Part shown: positions 28,346 through 35,822 of the stretch, one piece after another
How positions within the stretch are numbered: position 1 is the stretch's first letter
Layout of the letters: each line of letters begins with the position of its first letter
Source: Acutalibacteraceae bacterium
Lineage (GTDB): Bacteria > Bacillota > Clostridia > Oscillospirales > Acutalibacteraceae
Length of the DNA stretch: 64,000 nucleotides
Assembly (NCBI GenBank): GCA_045641565.1
Contig: JAZUHE010000067.1
Coordinates: 1,883-65,882, forward strand
Reading direction: 5' to 3'
Translations under genes and position numbers: made by a program
Notes under the pieces: generated by a model
What the model saw: the letters and a program-made list of their open reading frames with translations, nothing else
Told to the model about the DNA's origin: nothing
Database searches by the model: none

Positions 28346-30314
28346 GTTTGAAAACTTTAGAAATTTTCGTGATCACTGCCGCATGGATTTTCCTACAGAT
28401 GGCAGCGTTTCTGTAATCTATGGTCCTAACGGAGTAGGAAAAACTACGCTACACCAGTTGTTCCAGTGGATTTTTTACGGAGATGTACATTTTAATAAAA
28501 CAGCAAGTAATAAAATGTATAATTTAGAGTTTGAACAAGCAGCTAGCTTTCATCAGGTGTTTTCTGTGCTGGGAGTAATTGATTTCGAACACCCTAACGC
28601 AGATGGTGTTATAGAATATTACTCGCTTCGAAGAGAATGGATATATCAAAAAGAGCAGCAGGAATCAAAAATTATTAACAAGAAATTTAGACTGTCTAAA
28701 AAAATCGGAGATGATTGGAAAACAGTATCTGATGATCCGGTTAATATCATAGAACAAATATTACCCAGCGGCTTATCTCAGTATTTCTTTTTTGATGGTG
28801 AAAGCATGATAGCTGACCTGAGCCAGAAAGGTAGAGATTCTGCAAAATCGCTCAGGAAAGCCTTGTACTCCATTTTTGATTTGGATATATATGAACAAGC
28901 ACTCGTACATATAGGGACACAGAGCAGCGGAACCTCTACTGTGTTAGGTAAACTGTATTTTAGTCGTGCAGAAAACAGCACTAACGCTGATGTAATTAAA
29001 GCACGAGGCCTATATCGCCAAGCACTAAAATGGGTAGAGGATCTAGAAGAAAAGATTAGATCTTGCAATGTAGCGATAGAGAGATATAAGCAGGAAGCTC
29101 AGGAGTTATCCGAACAAATTGGAAGTAATCCGTCTCAGGAAACATTGGAAAAGCGACGCAAAAAAGCCAAAGATTCTATAAAAGCTCTTGAAACAGCCAT
29201 TCAGCGTGAGACGAAAGCTTTTGGCGAAACTATTATGGCAAATTATCCATATTTGTTGCTTGCACGCATGGTTGAAGAAGCACAGGTTCGAATCGGCCTC
29301 AAAGTTGAAGAAGAAAAGCTTTTACCAGGTCTGACAAAAGAATTGGTGCTTTCATTACTAAAAGAAAACACTTGTCTGTGCGGAAATCCAATTACAGATG
29401 CCGAGCGTACTTCACTAAATAATCTCCTTAAAATGTTCCCACCGCTATCATATAAGTATATTTATGACCAGTTCAAAAATAATGCTATCCGTTGGAGTAC
29501 AACATATGATAGCGAGGCTCTGCTGAAACACTTAAATGCAATTTTTGAATATAGAGATCAGATTGCAGAGCTTCAGATTGAAATTCATGATATTGATGAA
29601 GAACAGAAACAAGGAGAAAATGTAGATGCGCTGATAGCAAAGCGCGCAAAAGCTGAAGAATCACAGCGGTATTGGCGAAATGAACTAGAAAAAGTAACAA
29701 AGGATCTTGGACTACAAGATCAGATAAAAAAGCAACGTAAGAAGAAGCTTGATGAACTTTTGGCCGCCAATAATGCCAACAAGAGCATCGATGAACAAAT
29801 CGCCATAATGGAAGCAGTCAGAATTTACTTCGACAGCACGTTGAAGTCGTCTGCAAAGCATTATAGTGAAACCCTTCGTTCAACCATTCAGGAATTACTT
29901 GGGAAGATGCTCACCAGCACGAGACAGGTTAGTATGACTGAAAAATTCGAACTGAGTGTAAAAGATAGCTTTGGTGATGAAGCAAAATCAGAAGGACAAT
30001 TTGCAGTTGTTTCATTTGCTTATATTGGAGGAATATTTAAGCTGCTTGGTGATGTGCCTGAATTGAAAGGAAAAGAATTCCCCCTAATTTTGGATGGACC
30101 GTTTTCAAAGTTGGATGTTATTCAGCGGCAGAACGTTATTAACACAATTCCGGCATATGCCCCGCAGGTCATATTGTTTTCGAAAGATGATATTAATAAT
30201 TGCTTTGGAGAAACAGGCATTGAAAATGTATGGACCATTTATAGCAATGCGGAAAGAAATGTATCTCGTGTAGAAAAAGGTTATAATCCGGAGGTGTTCA
30301 TCATAAATGCTTGA
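28326..30314 (+). CDS. SMC/ABC-like AAA ATPase, paralogous to DndD
   Basis: Walker A GPNGVGKTT, FFFDGESM motif, a long coiled-coil middle with CLCGNP, and a D-loop/Walker B region FPLILDGPFSKLD. The layout matches the DndD at 33342. Confidence 0.8.
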   Translation: MKISRIEFENFRNFRDHCRMDFPTDGSVSVIYGPNGVGKTTLHQLFQWIFYGDVHFNKTASNKMYNLEFEQAASFHQVFSVLGVIDFEHPNADGVIEYYSLRREWIYQKEQQESKIINKKFRLSKKIGDDWKTVSDDPVNIIEQILPSGLSQYFFFDGESMIADLSQKGRDSAKSLRKALYSIFDLDIYEQALVHIGTQSSGTSTVLGKLYFSRAENSTNADVIKARGLYRQALKWVEDLEEKIRSCNVAIERYKQEAQELSEQIGSNPSQETLEKRRKKAKDSIKALETAIQRETKAFGETIMANYPYLLLARMVEEAQVRIGLKVEEEKLLPGLTKELVLSLLKENTCLCGNPITDAERTSLNNLLKMFPPLSYKYIYDQFKNNAIRWSTTYDSEALLKHLNAIFEYRDQIAELQIEIHDIDEEQKQGENVDALIAKRAKAEESQRYWRNELEKVTKDLGLQDQIKKQRKKKLDELLAANNANKSIDEQIAIMEAVRIYFDSTLKSSAKHYSETLRSTIQELLGKMLTSTRQVSMTEKFELSVKDSFGDEAKSEGQFAVVSFAYIGGIFKLLGDVPELKGKEFPLILDGPFSKLDVIQRQNVINTIPAYAPQVILFSKDDINNCFGETGIENVWTIYSNAERNVSRVEKGYNPEVFIINA

Positions 30315-30822
30315 GTTTACAACTGATGCCTACTTAAGAGGACCTATTTGGCACGATACACTTGAAAAATTGGTTGGAAGCGTCTTTGAAACACAGTGGG
30401 ATGTATTTGCTCTTTGTATTTCAATTGGAATGATGTACGATAAGCAAATCGAAACAGAAAATATGGTTCCTGATGATTACGAAATGGAACCGCACTCTGT
30501 TGGTAGAAATGTCCTTGGAAAAGCCCAAAATAGAGCATTGTTGGAATTTATGTTTCAAACAGCTATGGTAACAACAAAGCATTTGGATCTTGATGAGGAC
30601 GCACGATTAGAATTAGCTTTTAACGATAATGCAAAACCAGACTTCAATCCAGTGACATTTTTAACAAAATTTGCAAATTATGGTATCTCAAAGCTTTCTG
30701 AGATAATTGCTGATACCGAGGATGTTGAACTTTTGGAATCTATGATGACTTTCCTCAACTCCACCTATGAATCAGGAGCAGAAATTATTGAAGACGAATT
30801 AGAAATTGAAGATTTCGAGTGA
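30307..30822 (+). CDS. 171-aa acidic-tailed protein with a DndE-like helix layout (hypothetical)
   Basis: It overlaps the ATPase gene by 8 nt and has a GGAGGTG RBS. The motif order ALCISIGM...GRNVLG...LLEFMFQ...FANYGISKL parallels DndE's KLAISMSL...NRQTITG...YKSLIE...HLDRGARIL. The C-terminus is Glu/Asp-rich. Confidence 0.65.
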   Translation: MLEFTTDAYLRGPIWHDTLEKLVGSVFETQWDVFALCISIGMMYDKQIETENMVPDDYEMEPHSVGRNVLGKAQNRALLEFMFQTAMVTTKHLDLDEDARLELAFNDNAKPDFNPVTFLTKFANYGISKLSEIIADTEDVELLESMMTFLNSTYESGAEIIEDELEIEDFE

Positions 30823-30842
30823 GTGTTTCAAATAGAGAACTA

Positions 30843-30897
30843 TTGACAAAATGCGACAAGCGTGATATACTTAAGTACATACTTAAGTATATCACGC
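30843..30897 (+). promoter_or_regulatory. Promoter plus 38-nt palindrome (operator and/or terminator) upstream of dndB
   Basis: TTGACA (30843-30848), a 17-nt spacer, then TATACT (30866-30871). Perfect 17-nt inverted arms GCGTGATATACTTAAGT / ACTTAAGTATATCACGC span 30860-30897 and are followed by TTTGCTTTG. Confidence 0.55.
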
Positions 30898-30915
30898 TTT
30901 GCTTTGAGGTGAATT

Positions 30916-31977
30916 ATGAATTTTACATACCGTTTCCCAGCTGTTCGTGGCGTTCAAGCTGGAAGAGAATATTATATTTCAATGGTTCCATTAAAGTTGT
31001 TATCTCGCTTGTTTCCTGCCGAAGAAGAAATTGTGCTTCCTGAATATCGGGCACAGCGTAGAATAAACGAAGCCCGTATTCCTGAAATTAAAAAATATAT
31101 TTTAGATAACCGGGATACTTATGTCTTTTCTGCCCTTTCTGCATCTATAGATGGTGAATTTAGGTTTGCTTCAATTGACGACGTAGATGTTGGCATCTTG
31201 GAAGTTGATATGGAATCTGTTTTTCTAATCAACGATGGGCAGCATCGTAAGGCTGCGATTTTAGCAGCGATGGAAGAAGATGCATCATTAGAAAAAGAAA
31301 CTATCTCAATTGTGTTTTTTGCAGATGAAGGACTCGCGCGCAGCCAACAGATGTTTACGGATTTAAATAAACATGCTGTAAAAACGTCCAATTCTCTTTC
31401 CACATTATACGATGCACGTGATGAGATTGCAGTTGCAACCAAAAATGTGATTGATGCTATTCCGTTCTTTAAGAAATACACCGATAAAGAACGAGATATC
31501 CTTGGAAAAAACTCGTCCAATCTGTTTACTTTGAACATGATCTATAAGGCAAATCAGAAAATACTTCACGGCGAAAAATGCAGCGAAAATGACGAGCGTT
31601 TTTTGATTGATTTCTGGAGGTTGATTTCCGAAAACATTATTGAGTGGCAAGAAGTTCTGAACAAAACCCTCACCAAAAAAGCTCTTAGAGAAAATTATAT
31701 CGTGGCGTTAGCAATAACAATTAGCGCCTTTGGAAGGCTGGGAAGACATTTTTATGAGCACCGTGATTCAATGGACTCATACCTTACTAAGCTTAGATCT
31801 ATCGACTGGTTGCGAACAAACGAAGCGTGGGTAGGTCGAACAATCCGACAGAACGGGAAAGTCTTAAATAGTGAAGAAGCGGTTTTATTAACGTGCTCAC
31901 TGATAAAGCAAAAACTTGGTATTTCTCTAACAAAAGAGGAACAGCAAAAAGAAAAAATGATGTTGGAGAAGAAATGA
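30916..31977 (+). CDS. dndB: DNA phosphorothioation protein DndB (DGQHR domain)
   Basis: INDGQHRKAAILAA (DGQHR motif). 353 aa, directly upstream of dndC. Confidence 0.85.
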   Translation: MNFTYRFPAVRGVQAGREYYISMVPLKLLSRLFPAEEEIVLPEYRAQRRINEARIPEIKKYILDNRDTYVFSALSASIDGEFRFASIDDVDVGILEVDMESVFLINDGQHRKAAILAAMEEDASLEKETISIVFFADEGLARSQQMFTDLNKHAVKTSNSLSTLYDARDEIAVATKNVIDAIPFFKKYTDKERDILGKNSSNLFTLNMIYKANQKILHGEKCSENDERFLIDFWRLISENIIEWQEVLNKTLTKKALRENYIVALAITISAFGRLGRHFYEHRDSMDSYLTKLRSIDWLRTNEAWVGRTIRQNGKVLNSEEAVLLTCSLIKQKLGISLTKEEQQKEKMMLEKK

Positions 31978-31978
31978 T

Positions 31979-33352
31979 ATGAAATATACGGGAGAATTTG
32001 CTGCATACGAGGACATCATTCAAGAAATGAAACTCGTATATCAAAATGATAAACGTCCATGGATGATTGGATTCAGCGGTGGTAAAGATTCGACGCTATT
32101 ATGTTGTCTTGTCATGGAAATGCTCGAACGACTTCCGGCAGAAAAGCGCAATAAAACAGTTTATATTGTTTCATCAGACACCATGGTTGAAAATCCAATT
32201 GTGCGAGATTATATGCATAGAATGTCAACTATGATTAATGAAGCTGGAGCGCGCCTAAATGTAAAAGCGGACATCATTTATCCCAAGGTCGAGGATACGT
32301 TCTGGTGCAAAACGATAGGACTTGGCTATCCTACACCGGAAGCTCCGGGATTTCGCTGGTGTACAGAACGTCTGAAGATTCATCCGATGAACGCGTATAC
32401 ACTCAATACGATCAAAAATAACGGTGAGGTTGTATTGCTTTTGGGTGTGCGCAAGGCTGAAAGCACATATAGGGCAAATAATATTCGCTCAAGAGAAATT
32501 GAGGGCAAGCTCCTTGTTCCACATAATGATATAGAGAATGCCTATGTATATAATCCACTCACAGAAATTCCAAATGAAGAAGTATGGAAGTTCTTGTTGA
32601 AGGGAGATGCTAAAACGCCCTGGGGCTCTGATAATAAATATCTTTTTTCACTCTATCAAGGGGAAAATCTCGGTGAAGAAGCCAGTGTTATCGGAGAAAT
32701 CGATGAGAACAAGATTCCGGTAACCGGGAATTCGCGTTTCGGTTGCTGGATTTGCACAATGGTAAAGGAAGACAAATCTCTGAAAACATTCATTGATCGC
32801 GGAGAAGAGTGGCTCATTCCTTTGCGTGATTACCGAAATTGGATGCTTTCCATGCGCACAACTCCTGGAGCACGCGAGTATAAACGCAGAAATGGCTCCA
32901 TGTATCGCAAAGCTGATGGATCATTAGGTGAAGGACCATTTACTATGGAGACTAGAAAAGAAATGCTTCGCCGCCTTCTTCAGCTTGAAGTGGATACAGG
33001 TTTATCACTTATCACAATTGAAGAGCTAAAGCAAATCGATATAATGTGGGATAATGAAGGAGACCTAACGCGAAGAAGCTTGGTGGAAATATACAACGAT
33101 GTAACTGGCAAAACACTTCCTTGGGATCAGTATAAGACGCCGATTTTTCCTGCAGATGTTATCGATGAAATCCAACAGCAATGCATAGAAAATAACGTTG
33201 AATTTGAACTGATTTCTAAGTTGATAGTTGAAATTGAAGCTAACAAATACTATACAAAAGGATCTATAATGACAAAGGCATTTGATCGAATAATCAATCA
33301 AGGATGGCTTCACTTTGACAGTATCGAGAAGGGTTTAAAAAATGATAATTGA
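31979..33352 (+). CDS. dndC: DNA phosphorothioation protein DndC (PAPS-reductase-like ATP pyrophosphatase)
   Basis: The PP-loop is GFSGGKDST and the Fe-S Cys motif is RFGCWICT. 457 aa. Confidence 0.92.
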   Translation: MKYTGEFAAYEDIIQEMKLVYQNDKRPWMIGFSGGKDSTLLCCLVMEMLERLPAEKRNKTVYIVSSDTMVENPIVRDYMHRMSTMINEAGARLNVKADIIYPKVEDTFWCKTIGLGYPTPEAPGFRWCTERLKIHPMNAYTLNTIKNNGEVVLLLGVRKAESTYRANNIRSREIEGKLLVPHNDIENAYVYNPLTEIPNEEVWKFLLKGDAKTPWGSDNKYLFSLYQGENLGEEASVIGEIDENKIPVTGNSRFGCWICTMVKEDKSLKTFIDRGEEWLIPLRDYRNWMLSMRTTPGAREYKRRNGSMYRKADGSLGEGPFTMETRKEMLRRLLQLEVDTGLSLITIEELKQIDIMWDNEGDLTRRSLVEIYNDVTGKTLPWDQYKTPIFPADVIDEIQQQCIENNVEFELISKLIVEIEANKYYTKGSIMTKAFDRIINQGWLHFDSIEKGLKNDN

Positions 33353-35429
33353 TAAGATTGTACTTTATAATTTCGGCTCGTATGAGGGTGAAAACGTCTT
33401 TGAGACTCATGGTACCGATGGAAAAAGCATCATATTAATCGGCGGAAAAAACGGGGCCGGTAAAACGACGCTTTTTACAGCAATGCGTATATGCTTATAT
33501 GGCTATATGAGCATGGGTTACAAAAATCTAAATTCGTTCTATTACCGAGCCATAACAAAATTGATTAACAATGAGGCAAAAATGATTCGTCCTGCGAAAT
33601 CTCATGTGCTGATGACTATTGAACTCAGCAATGGTAGAGGCGTTGATACATATGAGCTTTTGCGCGAATGGACTCTGACGGATTCATTGCTCGAAGAGTT
33701 TTGCGTCCTTAAAAATGGAATCCTTCTAAACGAGCAAGAAATCGCCGATTTTGAAAAATACCTTCTGTCAGTAATTCCACCAGAATTATTCAATTTGTAT
33801 TTTTTTGATGGAGAAAAAATAGCTGATTTCTTTTTGGAAGAAGGCAGTAATGCCAGGATAAAAAGTGCATTTTTAACTTTATGTGGATATGATACATTCG
33901 ACATTATGCGAAAAAACTTTAGGCGGATAAGTACTGGAAAGGGGAAAACTGCGCCTGCTCTGGATGGGTATATTGCCGCAAAAGAATCTGTATCGGAAGC
34001 TAAAGAGAAATATTTAGCGCTGACAGAGCTACTGAAAAATTGCATAGGTGAAATAGATTCATGCGAAGCTGAAATCACTGCATTAGAAAAAGAATACTAT
34101 CAAAAAGGTGGTATTACTCAAGAAGAATGGGATTTAAAAATTTTCACTCTAAAAGATGAAGAAAAGAAGCGAGAAAACTGGAACGCGCTCTTAAAAAAAT
34201 GGGCAAATGAGTTGATTCCATTTCTAATGATTAGGGACCAAATCGTTGCTTTAAAAAATCAAATTGAACGCGAGAATAAGGGACAAAAATATATAAACTT
34301 CTGTGAAGTTATTAATACACCAGAAATAACAGCAATTATTGGATCTCGAACAAACGAATTGCAGCAAATCGCATTCCAACAATTTGGCGATACAAACGAG
34401 CCCATTCTTAACCTTTCTATTGAGCAAAGCGCCATCCTTTTAGCTCAGATTAATCAGATCCTTGCGTTTGATTCAGAAAAGATTGGAAAATGCCGCAGGG
34501 CAATAAGAAATTCACAGGCTCTTACAGCTAAGCTGCGTCAGGAACTGGACAGCAGCAGTGTGTCTTCTGTTCAAGAATATATGCAAAAACGAGCACAATT
34601 GTTTGAAAAAAAGAGCCTTTTGTTAGTGCAGCGAGTAGAATTAGAGCAAAGATTGGTAGATCAGCAAAGTATCGTTATACAAGCCGAGTCCACATTATTA
34701 AGTGTGCAGACCAGATTAGAAGCAGATTTAAAAAAGGCATCGATAACAGATATTTCTGCGAAATCTATCGTTATGCTTGATAAATTACAGCAGGTGCTTT
34801 TTCAGAGGCAGATTGAAAAGGTCGAAGCGTTTTTCAGAAATGAAATTCGTACGCTTATGCGCAAGACGCATTTTATAGATGATATGCGGATTGACGATAG
34901 CTTTAATACGCATTTATATCGCCGAGAAACCATATCCACGAGTAAAATCGTTGAGATTCTAAACACGAATTCCGAAGAGCACGTTATTGCCATGCTGGGT
35001 GAGGCCGCCGTCAAGGAACTGCAAGATATTACTGGCAAAAAAACATTGGAAGAAATCGCTACTGTATGCCAAGATATCAATAAAGATTCTATTGATATTC
35101 TTATTGAAATCGATAAAGCAACGTTATCAAATGGCGAAAAGCAAATATTTATTATGGCACTTTACCATTCGCTCGTACAATTGTGTAATCATGAGATACC
35201 GTTCATAATCGATACACCATTTGCACGAATTGATACTGAGCATAGAAGAAATATTTCTGAACACTTTTTCCGCCAGCTAAATGGACAAGTATTCATTCTT
35301 TCTACCAATGAAGAAATCAGCTCTGAACATGTGCACATTATCGAAGATAAGATTGCTGCGACCTATATATTAGAAAATGCTGATAACAAGCGAACTACTG
35401 TAGTAAGCGGAAAGTATTTTGAGGTGTAA
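33342..35429 (+). CDS. dndD: DNA phosphorothioation protein DndD (SMC-like ATPase)
   Basis: Walker A GGKNGAGKTT, YFFDGEKIADFF, a coiled-coil middle, and IPFIIDTPFARIDTEHR. It overlaps dndC by 11 nt. Confidence 0.9.
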   Translation: MIIDKIVLYNFGSYEGENVFETHGTDGKSIILIGGKNGAGKTTLFTAMRICLYGYMSMGYKNLNSFYYRAITKLINNEAKMIRPAKSHVLMTIELSNGRGVDTYELLREWTLTDSLLEEFCVLKNGILLNEQEIADFEKYLLSVIPPELFNLYFFDGEKIADFFLEEGSNARIKSAFLTLCGYDTFDIMRKNFRRISTGKGKTAPALDGYIAAKESVSEAKEKYLALTELLKNCIGEIDSCEAEITALEKEYYQKGGITQEEWDLKIFTLKDEEKKRENWNALLKKWANELIPFLMIRDQIVALKNQIERENKGQKYINFCEVINTPEITAIIGSRTNELQQIAFQQFGDTNEPILNLSIEQSAILLAQINQILAFDSEKIGKCRRAIRNSQALTAKLRQELDSSSVSSVQEYMQKRAQLFEKKSLLLVQRVELEQRLVDQQSIVIQAESTLLSVQTRLEADLKKASITDISAKSIVMLDKLQQVLFQRQIEKVEAFFRNEIRTLMRKTHFIDDMRIDDSFNTHLYRRETISTSKIVEILNTNSEEHVIAMLGEAAVKELQDITGKKTLEEIATVCQDINKDSIDILIEIDKATLSNGEKQIFIMALYHSLVQLCNHEIPFIIDTPFARIDTEHRRNISEHFFRQLNGQVFILSTNEEISSEHVHIIEDKIAATYILENADNKRTTVVSGKYFEV

Positions 35430-35430
35430 T

Positions 35431-35808
35431 ATGGTTTTTAAGATTAGAACTTCAAAAAAAACAATGACTATTTTTGAAGAGATGGCTGCCAGCACAAATT
35501 ATGCACCGTTCATTCTTTCTAAGCTTGCCATTTCGATGTCTCTCAAACTTGGAGGTCCATTACAAGAGAACGATTTTCATACGGATACATATGGACTGGA
35601 ATTAAACAGACAAACAATTACTGGTGAATGGGACGAGCTATACAAAAGCCTGATAGAAATGCACGAAGGGCAACACATATCTGATGATGATTATTTTCAG
35701 AAATACCTGAAAGCTCATCTGGATCGTGGAGCTCGGATTCTTTATAGTGAGTTTAAGTATAATAACGATTTCCTAATTGGTCTTTTGAGCCATAAAACCG
35801 GTATATAA
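35431..35808 (+). CDS. dndE: DNA phosphorothioation protein DndE
   Basis: About 125 aa, starting 1 nt after the dndD stop, with a GAGGTG RBS. Size and position are typical of DndE. The ORF track begins at an upstream TTG (35419). Confidence 0.75.
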   Translation: MVFKIRTSKKTMTIFEEMAASTNYAPFILSKLAISMSLKLGGPLQENDFHTDTYGLELNRQTITGEWDELYKSLIEMHEGQHISDDDYFQKYLKAHLDRGARILYSEFKYNNDFLIGLLSHKTGI

Positions 35809-35822
35809 AAGAGGTGGATTGT

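Noticed and set aside
30819-31043. 74-aa ORF overlapping the stop of the 171-aa gene and the dndB start
   Set aside because: It spans the promoter/palindrome region and overlaps dndB out of frame. There is no RBS, and dndB has a proper GAGGTG RBS at 30916.
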